A stretch of 64,000 nucleotides of DNA, taken from positions 256,001 to 320,000 of the forward strand of contig JBFMAY010000001.1 of assembly GCA_040755455.1 (NCBI GenBank), given 5' to 3'. Position 1 is the first letter of the stretch; every line of letters starts with the position of its first letter. Origin of the DNA: Thermodesulfobacteriota bacterium. Its GTDB lineage: Bacteria; Desulfobacterota; Desulfobulbia; Desulfobulbales; SURF-16. This document shows positions 9,147 through 18,431 of this stretch, in pieces. Made by a program: the position numbers and the translations under genes. Below the pieces are notes generated by a model. That model was not told the DNA's origin and searched no databases. It saw nothing but the letters and a program-made list of their open reading frames with translations.

Positions 9147-10379
9147 GTGGGAATCAACATCGCATGGTACGGAAAAGCCTTGTCCCGCTGTATTTTGCCG
9201 GTAATCTGTCTGCTGATGATGGTCACGGCCGCGGCCGCCGCGGAGGTGAAACCCCTGAAGGTGCAGAAGGTCAGCGAGGAACTGGAGCTCCGCCGGCCGC
9301 TCACGCTCAGGGTGGCGAATCTGCCGGACTGGCTCAATCAGGAGGGCAATGATTTCTCAAAACTCATCCTCTACATTGACGGCATGGCCTTCAAGGGCCT
9401 TAAGCCGGCGTTGATCGATGGGGACAAGCTGATTTTTGATCTGCGCCGCACTGACGAAAACAAGGAGGCGTGGACCACCATACTCAGCCGGAAAAGGGGG
9501 GGATTCTTCTCCTGCGACAACGTGCCCGTTACCCTGGGATTTGTCAACGGGGTGCAGCTGCCGAGCGACGCCGACCTTAAATTCATCCGGATTAATGAAA
9601 AGGGGTTCCGCGTATTCGTCAGCCTCTCCCTGGTGACCATTGCGCTCTTTTTTTCCCTGGCCTGGCGAAGTGACATCATCCGCGCTTCAGGGGCGCAGCC
9701 GGAGGGGCTTGACGGCTACGGCAAGCCATACCGCAAGACATACAGCCTGGCCCGCACCCAGATGGCCTTCTGGTTTTTTACCATCATCATCGGCTACGTC
9801 TTCATCTGGATAGTGACCAGCGATTTCTCCAGCCTGACGCCCGGGGTGATCGGCCTGATGGGCATCAGCGCCATGACCGGGGTGGGCGCGGCGGTGGTGG
9901 ATTCCAGCAAGCGCAGCGAGCAGCAGAATCAGCGCCGGCAGTTCGATGAAAAGAAAAAGCGAGGCGAGGTTGAGGCGGAGAAACTCACCACCGAAATCCG
10001 TACCCTGGAGGCAGCCGTGGCAGCCGCCCCTGCCGGGGTGAAATCAGAGGAGCAGCAGGCGTTGCTGGCGGCCAAACAGGCGTTGCTGGCAGGCAACCAG
10101 AAGGAGATCGCCCAGGCCGTCAAGAAGATCAGTGAAATTGATAACGCCGCCAAACCGGAGGTTTCGCAAGGTTTCCTCAAGGACATCCTGAGCGATGACA
10201 ACGGCATCAGTTTTCACCGCTTCCAGATATCCATCTGGACCATCGTGCTGATCGTTATTTTCCTCGGCCGGGTATATGACAGCCTGGCCATGCCCACCTT
10301 TGACGGCACACTGCTGGCGCTGATGGGCATCAGCAACGGCACCTATATCGGCTTCAAACTGCCGGATCAGCAGGGTTGA
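9147..10379 (+). CDS. membrane protein with duplicated TM hairpin module and coiled coil (start uncertain)
   Basis: GGAGGT RBS before GTG 9147; signal peptide; YSLARTQMAFW..LMGIS and ISFHRFQISIW..LMGIS units. Confidence 0.75.
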   Translation: MGINIAWYGKALSRCILPVICLLMMVTAAAAAEVKPLKVQKVSEELELRRPLTLRVANLPDWLNQEGNDFSKLILYIDGMAFKGLKPALIDGDKLIFDLRRTDENKEAWTTILSRKRGGFFSCDNVPVTLGFVNGVQLPSDADLKFIRINEKGFRVFVSLSLVTIALFFSLAWRSDIIRASGAQPEGLDGYGKPYRKTYSLARTQMAFWFFTIIIGYVFIWIVTSDFSSLTPGVIGLMGISAMTGVGAAVVDSSKRSEQQNQRRQFDEKKKRGEVEAEKLTTEIRTLEAAVAAAPAGVKSEEQQALLAAKQALLAGNQKEIAQAVKKISEIDNAAKPEVSQGFLKDILSDDNGISFHRFQISIWTIVLIVIFLGRVYDSLAMPTFDGTLLALMGISNGTYIGFKLPDQQG

Positions 10380-10437
10380 GGATCATGACGGGGGCAGGCC
10401 TTGTTGTAACTGTCTGAAAAGACTTGATTCCGGCTTG

Positions 10438-11652
10438 TTACGAGTTCATCATGCCTTGCCGCTCCGGCGCGGAGGTCAGCGGCAGGGTGAAGGTGAAAAG
10501 GGTGCCGTCCTGGGCCGATGAGGTAAAATCAATCCTGCCTTTGAGAAAATGTTCGCCGAACAGCTTCATGGAAAAGGTCCCTACACCTCTTCCTTCCCCC
10601 TCTTTTGTGGTGAAATGTCTCTGGAAAATGCGGAGGCGGATATCCTCGGGGATGGCCTGGTGGTTCCAGACGCTGAAGACAATGGTTTTCTCCCCTGCCT
10701 CAATGCCGATTTTCACCTCGCCCGCCGGATCGGTTGCCTCCAGGGCGTTGGTCACCATGTTGGTCAGAACCCGCAGCAGCAGGGAAAAGTCGGTGGTGAT
10801 GGTGACATCGGGAATGGGGGGGGAGAAAATGAGCGATTTATCCAGCGCCGCCGGGTGGCTGGCGAAGAAATTCCGCAGTTCCTGCATCACATCGAGAACC
10901 GATATCCGGTGCAGAATCATCTGGTAGCATTCTTTTTTTGTCTGGGAAAGAGCCCGCTGGATGTCTATCTCTTTTTTCAGCCGCAGGAGCAGGCGCCGCA
11001 GGGTTTTAACACGTTCCTGGTCGGCATCATGCCGGTCGAGCATGTCGGCCGTGCCAAGTAAACCGCTCAGAATGTTGTTGATGTCATGGAAAAAGACCCT
11101 CTCCAGCGACGCCCAGGCCTGCTGGTTGGTGATATCCTGCATGAAGAGCAGGAGGAATCTCTGCCCCTCGAATCTGATGGGGTAGGAGCGGACCTGGAAG
11201 CAGATCTCGATTTCCTGGTCGTCTTTCAGCACCGTGGCGGCACATATCCGTTCCTGGGGGGTATCTTTCTTTAAACTGGCGACAATGGCGATTGCCGCCC
11301 CGCATGTCATGCAGGATTTGGTCGTGCCGCAGCCCCCCGGCTCCTCATGGGCATGGACGCAGCGCAGCATCTCTCCCGGCCGCAGTCCCAGCACCTCCCC
11401 GGCATCGGCATAGCCCAGCATCGTCAGCATGGTGTCGTTGACGGCCAGCACCTGCCGGTGCTCGTCGAGCACCGCAATGAGGCCGGAAAGGGATTTCATC
11501 AGACCATCGATGACGGGATTACGGCTGATAAGCCTGATCTCCTGCTGGAGTTCCTCATTGGTGCACCGTTCGGCCGGAGCAAAAAATGTCTTCATGGCAA
11601 ACCCTTGCTGTCTATCTGCTGTCAATGATGCTGTTGCCGCAGGCTTCTCCAT
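10438..11652 (-). CDS. PAS-domain sensor histidine kinase
   Basis: FFHDINN H-box, NMVTNALEA N-box, FTTKEGEGRGVG; Cys-rich PAS-like region. Confidence 0.88.
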   Translation of the reverse strand: MEKPAATASLTADRQQGFAMKTFFAPAERCTNEELQQEIRLISRNPVIDGLMKSLSGLIAVLDEHRQVLAVNDTMLTMLGYADAGEVLGLRPGEMLRCVHAHEEPGGCGTTKSCMTCGAAIAIVASLKKDTPQERICAATVLKDDQEIEICFQVRSYPIRFEGQRFLLLFMQDITNQQAWASLERVFFHDINNILSGLLGTADMLDRHDADQERVKTLRRLLLRLKKEIDIQRALSQTKKECYQMILHRISVLDVMQELRNFFASHPAALDKSLIFSPPIPDVTITTDFSLLLRVLTNMVTNALEATDPAGEVKIGIEAGEKTIVFSVWNHQAIPEDIRLRIFQRHFTTKEGEGRGVGTFSMKLFGEHFLKGRIDFTSSAQDGTLFTFTLPLTSAPERQGMMNS

Positions 11653-12055
11653 CTTTATTTAAGATAATAGGAAGGTCTGGTGATTTTCCGCAAGCCATAT
11701 TTTCAGGCGCTCCCGGTTACCAGGGTATTCCGCCGCGGCAAATTGTCGCTGTCCGGCCGGGGGATTGCCAGCAATGGCGAGTGATGCATGATTGGCCGAG
11801 GCGGGGAAATCCGCTCCTGCTCTGGTATTACCGGCAAAAATGCTCAGCCGGATGTTCATGTGCTCAACCGGCTATTCTAACCTGTTAAATTGCAGGGTTA
11901 TTTTTTGTTTTGCTATTAGCGAATCTATTTGTTAATGGGGAGTCTAAACAGTTAGGATGACAGACCTTTAGGCAAGAGGGAGACTGCTTTCCGCCTCCCT
12001 CTTCTTCACCCGCCACTGAAACGCCAGTCACTGGAGCGGGTATGAGGGGGTGTTC

Positions 12056-13003
12056 ATGCTGGTTGGCAGCTATCTTTTCCATTGCCGATTCACCTCTCCG
12101 GCGACATTGCCGGCCTTCAAAGGCTCCATGTTGCGGGGGGCGTTCGGCCACGCCCTGAAAAAGGTGGTCTGCGCCCTGCGCCGCAAAACCTGCGCCGGCT
12201 GCCTGCTCGCCGAGACCTGCGTCTATTCCTTTATCTTTGAACCCCACATCATCCCGGTGGACAGGGGAAATAACAGAGCCAGAACAGCCGTCCGGCCTCA
12301 TCCCTATGTGCTGCAGCCGCCGGTGGACAATCGCCGGGCGTTTGGTGAGGGCGATGCCTTCACCTTCAGCCTCACCCTCTTCGGCGCGGCCAATGACTTC
12401 CTGCCCCATATCATCTACGCTGTGGAACAGATGGGCGAAACCGGCCTGGGCCGGTCCGTGGATAACGGCCGTGGCTGCTTTACCCTTGCCGCTGTCGAGA
12501 CCGATGGCGCAACGCTCTATGACGGTGATAAAAAGATTCTCCACCAGGGCCTCCCCCTGCAGAGCTTGGAGCTGCAAGCCCCGCCTGCCGCCCCTGTCAA
12601 CTCCCTCACCGTCAAGCTCCTCACCCCGTTGCGGCTCAAACACGACAACCGCTTCCAGCAAAACCTGCCCTTTCATCTGCTCATCCGCGCCGCCCTGCGC
12701 CGGATCGCAAGCCTGGAGGAGACCTTTGGCCAGGGGGAACCGCCGCTCGATTACAGGGGCCTTGTTCAAAAAGCAGAGCAGGTTGTAACCCGTGAAAGCG
12801 ATTGCCAGTGGATCGACCTGAAGCGTTACAGCAACCGCCAGAAGACCGACATGCTCATCGGCGGCCTGCAGGGGACCCTGGTTTACGAGGGGGAGTTGGC
12901 GGAATTCCTGCCGCTGATCAGGTACTGCGAGGTGACCCATTTGGGGAAACAGACGGCGTTCGGGCTGGGGATTGTTGATGTGCAGGAGGTGTTAAAATCT
13001 TGA
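12056..13003 (+). CDS. cas6: CRISPR crRNA-processing endoribonuclease Cas6
   Basis: FKGSMLRGAFG, Cys cluster, PHPYVL, TPLRLK, C-terminal G-loop HLGKQTAFGLG; upstream of cas10. Confidence 0.93.
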   Translation: MLVGSYLFHCRFTSPATLPAFKGSMLRGAFGHALKKVVCALRRKTCAGCLLAETCVYSFIFEPHIIPVDRGNNRARTAVRPHPYVLQPPVDNRRAFGEGDAFTFSLTLFGAANDFLPHIIYAVEQMGETGLGRSVDNGRGCFTLAAVETDGATLYDGDKKILHQGLPLQSLELQAPPAAPVNSLTVKLLTPLRLKHDNRFQQNLPFHLLIRAALRRIASLEETFGQGEPPLDYRGLVQKAEQVVTRESDCQWIDLKRYSNRQKTDMLIGGLQGTLVYEGELAEFLPLIRYCEVTHLGKQTAFGLGIVDVQEVLKS

Positions 13004-13038
13004 AAAATATTCTTCTTGCTGTTTGTGATCTCTTTCCG
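13000..13038 (+). pseudogene. 5' stub of an NE0113/TIGR02584-type CARF gene
   Basis: TTG start overlaps the cas6 stop; MKNILLAVCDLFP resembles the recalled family N-terminus MKxILLAVxGLSPQ; similarity ends abruptly. Confidence 0.5.
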
Positions 13039-13110
13039 ATTGAGACGTGGGACTCATGCATCGATTCTTTGTTTAGAGATAATTTTATTACCTCCAAATT
13101 AAAGGGAAAC
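13038..13110 (+). repeat. possible orphan CRISPR remnant (repeat 3' end, about 30-nt spacer, degenerate repeat)
   Basis: GATTGAGAC at 13038-13046 equals the last 9 nt of the array repeat; ACCTccaaattaAAGGGA at 13090-13107 resembles the repeat core ACCTgattacgAAGGGA. Confidence 0.4.
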
Positions 13111-13131
13111 TCTGCTTGCCGGGATGGATAT

Positions 13132-13420
13132 TTTCCCCCGTTCACGGTAATCGGCAGGTGGTGGGACCGGGCCGAGGAAATCGATGTCGTCGCCGTGAAC
13201 CAGGAATTGGATTCGATCCTGTTCTGCGCGGTCAAGGCGGGGGAAAGCCGGTTGGCCTGGATATCCTGTAGAAGCTGCGCGAAAAGGCCGGCAGGGTCGA
13301 CTGGGGCAGCTCCGGTCGCAGGGAGTATTTCTGCCTGTTCAGCCGCCCGACTTTACCGATGCCCTGCTTGCCCGAGCGCAACAGGAATGTGTGGTCCTGT
13401 TCAAGGAGGACCGGAAGATG
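13132..13420 (+). pseudogene. C-terminal fragment of an ATPase/DUF234 PD-(D/E)xK protein
   Basis: IGRWWDRAEEIDVVAVN, then across frameshifts and a stop KPVGLDIL*KLREKAGRVDW, REYFCLFSR, FTDALL. Confidence 0.7.
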
Positions 13421-13516
13421 CCGGTGTGATTGCCACGTGCGGGGAAGATACGCTTGGCATGAACGCTCAAACTCAATAACGGATTGTTCCGTCAAAGGGA
13501 AAAGGATGGAGGGAAT

Positions 13517-13585
13517 ATGGCTGATGCTACCGTAATGAAAATCGCCCTGGCCGGGCTGCTGCATGATGTGGGGAAGTGTTTTTAA
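13517..13585 (+). pseudogene. 22-codon N-terminal stub of a second cas10 (HD motif)
   Basis: RBS GGAGGG, then MADATVMKIALAGLLHDVGKCF*, paralleling MDEKILKTISIAGMFHDLGKF of the intact cas10 82 nt downstream. Confidence 0.7.
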
Positions 13586-13667
13586 TGATGTTAACCGATG
13601 GGGACCGGCCTTTCAAGCTTCCTGGCCCATATTTAATAATGAAAGATGAGTAGTAGAAAGGGGTGTT

Positions 13668-16202
13668 ATGGACGAAAAAATACTGAAGACCATATCAATT
13701 GCGGGAATGTTTCATGACCTCGGCAAGTTTGCTGAACGGGCATACGCTGTTGAACCAGATGACCAAGATATGGTGCAGCAGGAATATCGTTACGCCCATG
13801 CCCATCACACCGAGCTCGCGCTGAAACAGCTTTTTGCTGAGGAAAGGTTAAATCAAACCTATGGAGGAGACCGCGAATGCACGATACTCAACATGGCTAC
13901 GCGGCACCACAAACCCCGCAAAGGCAATATCTACGAAACCATCATAGCCGAGGCGGACCGGATTTCCTCCGGGCATGAGCGGGCGAAGGGGGATAATGCG
14001 TCAAGCTATGATACCCAAGGCAGAGAGAAAAAAAGCAAAACCCCCCTCATCAGTATCATGTCCAGGATTCGCCTTAAAAAATATGCCGCTGATCCTGGGG
14101 AAGACTGGCGATTCCGAATCAGAGAGGAAGGTTGTCTATATGGTGCAGACGCGCAAGAACATATACCGCCGGTTCCTGCCGGTGAGTATGGCCCGGAGCA
14201 GGTGCAGAGCGACTACCGGCAGCACTGGGAGAGTTTTGTCAAGGCGATCCGGCCGGGCCAGGAATTTGGCTTGGACATTGTGGATCATTTTCCAACTCTG
14301 CTTGAAATCTGCCGTGCCTGGCAGTGGTGCCTGCCAGCATCAACAAGAAAAGAGGAAATGCCGGATGTGTCGTTGTATGACCATCAAAAAGCCACTGCGG
14401 CTCTGGCCGCCTGCATGTATTTCTACCATGCGGCTACGGACACGCTTTCGCTGGACAAAGTGGAAAATAGGCGTCCCCAGAAATACCTTCTCTTTTGCGG
14501 GGATTTGAGTGGTATTCAGAACTTCATTTATCAAATTTCGTCAAAGGGAGCATACAAAACCTTAAAAGGACGATCATTTTACATCCAGCTACTCGCAGAT
14601 CTTCTTGCCAGGGAGTTTGTCGATATTTTTGGTTTAACCCCGGCCAACATCCTCTATGCCAGCGGAGGTAAATTCTACCTCCTGCTGCCCAACCATGAGG
14701 ATGTCGTCAAAACCATGGAGGAACTGACTGGCGAAGTCAATAACTGGCTGTTTTCAGAATTCAATGGCGATATTTTTGTGAGAATGGGGCACATCCCGAT
14801 TTCGGGAGAAGATCTTACCCGGCAAAGCGGCCGCACACTTTATCAGATATGGGATGATTTGACTCGGCAGCTTGTCTACCAGGACAGGCAGCGCTACGCT
14901 GGCCTTGCAAGCAAGAATTACGACTTGCTGTTTGGGGTGAAGAGTGGTGATGCAGGAACATGCGAGGTGTGCCACAGGTCAGTTCCCAAAGATACGGGCC
15001 ATTGTGTTACCTGTAATCAGATGGAAGAAGCCGGACGAATGCTGGCAAATTCCCGCTACATACTCATCGCTGATACGGATACGGCTGGAGGTGGGCGAGC
15101 CGCCTTCCGCCTGCAACTCAAATTGCAGAACAGGGAAATCAACCGGCATATCTGGTTTCTGAAGGACCTGCCCTCTTCTGTAACCGGTTTCCGTGCTCAA
15201 CTTTGGTCCCTCAATGATCCGGATTTTCATTCCATTCCCCGGCAAATGGAAGCCTGTATCGTCAACGCAGCGCCATATTCCGCCGCATCCACCCGTGCCT
15301 TTGCTGACCGCACTTTCGATGAAATCGCCGATCTTTCCAAGGGGGTAAAACGGCTGGGCGTATTGCGCATGGATGTGGACAATCTTGGCAAGATTTTCAA
15401 CGAGGGGCTGATAAACTACCGGCACGGAACGGAGTGTTCCCAGCGATTTCATTCGCTGGGCAGGATTACTACTCTCAGCTGGCAGCTCAACCTTTTTTTC
15501 AGTGGCCTCCTGTCCGGCATAATCCGCAATAATCCAGACTGGGCGGAGCGGGTAACGGTTGTCTACGCCGGAGGAGATGACCTGTTTCTGCTTGGTGCCT
15601 GGGATGCTCTGCCCAAGATTGCTCTTACCATTTATAATCGATTTCGGCAGTTTACCTGTAATAACAGATCGTTCTCGCTTTCCGGCGGCATGGTCATGAC
15701 TGGCGGTAAGTTCCCCATTTACAAGAGCGCCGAGATGGCTGGGGAAGCAGAACACAGGGCAAAACACCATGAAACCCTGTTTAACGGACATGCTTCGGTG
15801 CGGAAATCTTGCTTCACCTTCCTCGACACGCCGATGCACTGGCGGGAGTTTGAGGAGGTCGCTGATAAGTTTGACAAGTTTTTGAACTTGCTTAAAGAAC
15901 CGACAAATGCGCCTCTGCTGCGACGGCTGCTCGATATTGCCGCATCCTGGCAGGAAAGCAGGGAGAGCCTGAGACGATCCGGGACCATGACCATGGCAGC
16001 AATCGAAAAACAACTGGAGGCTGAAAAATGGCGGTGGCAGATGGTCTATAGTTTGGCAAGATTTGTGGAGCGTAACAAAGGGATCAAGGATGAAATTGCT
16101 TCAATTCAGCAATTCATTCTCGGCAAGGTTGCAGAAACCGACAGAACCGGCATTGCATTGCTTGGCTTATTGGGCAGGTGGTGTGAGTTGCGGTTGAGAT
16201 AA
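13668..16202 (+). CDS. cas10: type III-A Cas10/Csm1
   Basis: HD motif FHDLGK, ADRISSG, DVSLYDH, GDLSGIQNFIY, LKGRSF, zinc finger CEVC..CVTC, RMDVDNLG, YAGGDD cyclase motif. Confidence 0.97.
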   Translation: MDEKILKTISIAGMFHDLGKFAERAYAVEPDDQDMVQQEYRYAHAHHTELALKQLFAEERLNQTYGGDRECTILNMATRHHKPRKGNIYETIIAEADRISSGHERAKGDNASSYDTQGREKKSKTPLISIMSRIRLKKYAADPGEDWRFRIREEGCLYGADAQEHIPPVPAGEYGPEQVQSDYRQHWESFVKAIRPGQEFGLDIVDHFPTLLEICRAWQWCLPASTRKEEMPDVSLYDHQKATAALAACMYFYHAATDTLSLDKVENRRPQKYLLFCGDLSGIQNFIYQISSKGAYKTLKGRSFYIQLLADLLAREFVDIFGLTPANILYASGGKFYLLLPNHEDVVKTMEELTGEVNNWLFSEFNGDIFVRMGHIPISGEDLTRQSGRTLYQIWDDLTRQLVYQDRQRYAGLASKNYDLLFGVKSGDAGTCEVCHRSVPKDTGHCVTCNQMEEAGRMLANSRYILIADTDTAGGGRAAFRLQLKLQNREINRHIWFLKDLPSSVTGFRAQLWSLNDPDFHSIPRQMEACIVNAAPYSAASTRAFADRTFDEIADLSKGVKRLGVLRMDVDNLGKIFNEGLINYRHGTECSQRFHSLGRITTLSWQLNLFFSGLLSGIIRNNPDWAERVTVVYAGGDDLFLLGAWDALPKIALTIYNRFRQFTCNNRSFSLSGGMVMTGGKFPIYKSAEMAGEAEHRAKHHETLFNGHASVRKSCFTFLDTPMHWREFEEVADKFDKFLNLLKEPTNAPLLRRLLDIAASWQESRESLRRSGTMTMAAIEKQLEAEKWRWQMVYSLARFVERNKGIKDEIASIQQFILGKVAETDRTGIALLGLLGRWCELRLR

Positions 16203-16227
16203 TATAAGCACAAAAAGGAGGTCGTAA

Positions 16228-16611
16228 ATGGATAACGCACAAGTTGAGCAATGGGTAAAGAATGGCCCAACCCCTGAATTGCTAGAGAAAACGGAGAGCT
16301 TCGGGAACACTTTGCAGCAGCAAGGACTGACAACTTCTCAAATTCGACAAGTTTTTTCCAAACTGAAGAACATTGAAGCAAAGGGTTTTGCGCAGCAGCG
16401 TACCGAATTCATGATGCTCAAGCCTTATATTGCTTATGCCGCCGGACGACAGCAAAAAGTTGTCGGCTTGCAATCCTTCAAGGATCGAATTTCAAAAGCC
16501 ATCGACACTGTCTTCGCTGACGGCAAGGAAACGGAATCCGTCCGGTTCAACAACTTCTGTAAGCTTTTTGAAGCAATTCTCGCCTATCACCGCGCCCATG
16601 GCGGAAAATAA
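16228..16611 (+). CDS. csm2: type III-A small subunit Csm2
   Basis: LTTSQIR, LKPYIAYAAGR, FEAILAYHR. Confidence 0.95.
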   Translation: MDNAQVEQWVKNGPTPELLEKTESFGNTLQQQGLTTSQIRQVFSKLKNIEAKGFAQQRTEFMMLKPYIAYAAGRQQKVVGLQSFKDRISKAIDTVFADGKETESVRFNNFCKLFEAILAYHRAHGGK

Positions 16612-16623
16612 GGAGCATTTATC

Positions 16624-17418
16624 ATGATTAAACATACACTGAAACTGGAGAAAAAAGTTTTTATCGAGGGTGAAATTGTCCTCCTGACCGGCATGCATGT
16701 GGGCGGCTCCTCCCTAGGCCTTTCCATAGGCGGTGCCGACAAGGTGGTTGTCCGCAACCCGCTGACTAACCTGCCATATATCCCCGGTTCGTCCCTGAAG
16801 GGGAAAATGCGCTCGCTGCTGGAGAAAAGCCTTGGTCTGATCAGGCCGGAACAGGACAAAAAAGGTAACTGGGAGGGCAGGCTCTGTGAAAATCCTGAAG
16901 AAGATGTTGTGCAACTATTCGGTTTCGCAGCCGACAAGGGTGGGGCAAGTCTTGATTACGCGCCCACCCGCCTTACCGTCCGTGATGGTTCCCTGATCAA
17001 TGTGGACGAATTGGTCAACTCGGAAAACACCGACATGCACTGCACCGAGATTAAGACCGAGGTTTCCATCGACAGGTTGACATCACAGGCAAATCCCCGC
17101 AATTTTGAACGGGTGCCGGCCGGGGCACGTTTCAAGCTCGATATGGTTCTTGATATCTATAATGTGGATGTAAAAAATGGTGACGGGGCCACACGGGCAG
17201 ACAATTTTATTGCTCTCCTCCGTCAAGGCCTGATGTTGGTGGAGGATGACTATCTCGGCGGCCAGGGAACCAGGGGGTATGGTCAGGTCCAGTTTCACCT
17301 CAAAGCCGTAACCGAGCGCACTGCGGAAGATTACCGCGCCAACTCCATGGATAAAGCCCCTTCTAAATTTGCAGAGCAATTCAGCCAGTTTTCCAGGGCA
17401 ACGAGTGAGGTCTCATGA
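16624..17418 (+). CDS. csm3: type III-A RAMP Csm3
   Basis: TGMHVGG, IGGAD (catalytic Asp), PYIPGSSLKGKMRSLLE, ANPRNFERVP, LGGQGTRGYG. Confidence 0.96.
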   Translation: MIKHTLKLEKKVFIEGEIVLLTGMHVGGSSLGLSIGGADKVVVRNPLTNLPYIPGSSLKGKMRSLLEKSLGLIRPEQDKKGNWEGRLCENPEEDVVQLFGFAADKGGASLDYAPTRLTVRDGSLINVDELVNSENTDMHCTEIKTEVSIDRLTSQANPRNFERVPAGARFKLDMVLDIYNVDVKNGDGATRADNFIALLRQGLMLVEDDYLGGQGTRGYGQVQFHLKAVTERTAEDYRANSMDKAPSKFAEQFSQFSRATSEVS

Positions 17419-18431
17419 TGTGGGCATATCAACTCACTTTTTCCACACCAGTTCACTTCGGCCTTGAAGGTATCGGCCAGGAACGAGTTGAGCAGATGGT
17501 ACGCTCCGACACCCTGTGGGCCGCGCTTGTGCAGAAATTGCTGCTGCTCTATGCTGACGAACCCGAGAGGTTGTGCCGAGAACCCGGCTTTTCGGTGAGC
17601 AGCAGCTTTCCTGTTATTGGTGGGCGTCGCTATTTTCCGGTACCAATCGGTTCTTTCGACAGGATTATGGATGTAGTCGCCCACATGGATACCGGACAAC
17701 TGCCGTTTGATCTGAAAGACCTGAAAAAAATCCGGTTCTTATCCGAACCGTTGTTCAGAAAGGTTTCCGCGGGTTCAGAACTGGTCCTTGCTGATATAAC
17801 GGAAGAATCAGTCTGTCCGCCTCCGGCCAGATTACAAGCCGTAGAGAACGAAACCAAAATTTTTCTAAAGGCTGCGCAACGTCCCCGTGTGTCAGTGGAT
17901 CAGATTTGCGGCGGTGTGCGCGAAGGGGCATTTTTTTACTGCACAGACCAGTTTTTCGACAACAACTCCGGTCTGTTCTTTCTGGCATCCTTTGACAATC
18001 AGGAAATACGGAAACGCTTTGAGGCGGCATTGAGCCTGCTTGGCGACTCAGGGTTGGGCGCAGACCGTTCCATTGGTCGCGGTTGTTTCTCCTTCACTGC
18101 CGCACCTTTTGAATTTCAATCGCCGGATGCCACCGCTGCCTATGTTCTTCTTTCCCTGTACCATCCCACCAGACAGGAAATCGAACGAGGCGTTCTGGTC
18201 GGTGAACAAAGCGCCTACTCTCTGGTGCGCCGATCCGGTCATGCCGGCAGCCACGGAGCGCACCAATTCCGCCGGGCTGACTGCTGGATGCTGACTGAGG
18301 GTTCGCTTCTGCCCTTTGCGCCAGCGGGACAGATTCCCCTCGTGCTGGAGCGTTCCGCCTATATTCCTCATAATGTCTACCGGTGCGGCAAGGCCTTCTG
18401 CCTGCCGATGGCTGAGGGAGGTAACCCATGA
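17415..18431 (+). CDS. csm4: type III-A RAMP Csm4
   Basis: PVHFG, RSDTLWAAL, SSSFP, LGDSGLGADRSIGRG, EGS motifs. Confidence 0.95.
   Translation: MMWAYQLTFSTPVHFGLEGIGQERVEQMVRSDTLWAALVQKLLLLYADEPERLCREPGFSVSSSFPVIGGRRYFPVPIGSFDRIMDVVAHMDTGQLPFDLKDLKKIRFLSEPLFRKVSAGSELVLADITEESVCPPPARLQAVENETKIFLKAAQRPRVSVDQICGGVREGAFFYCTDQFFDNNSGLFFLASFDNQEIRKRFEAALSLLGDSGLGADRSIGRGCFSFTAAPFEFQSPDATAAYVLLSLYHPTRQEIERGVLVGEQSAYSLVRRSGHAGSHGAHQFRRADCWMLTEGSLLPFAPAGQIPLVLERSAYIPHNVYRCGKAFCLPMAEGGNP

Noticed and set aside
13000..13479. 159-aa ORF as a real gene
   Set aside because: Chimera of a CARF stub, repeat-like sequence and a frameshifted DUF234 fragment
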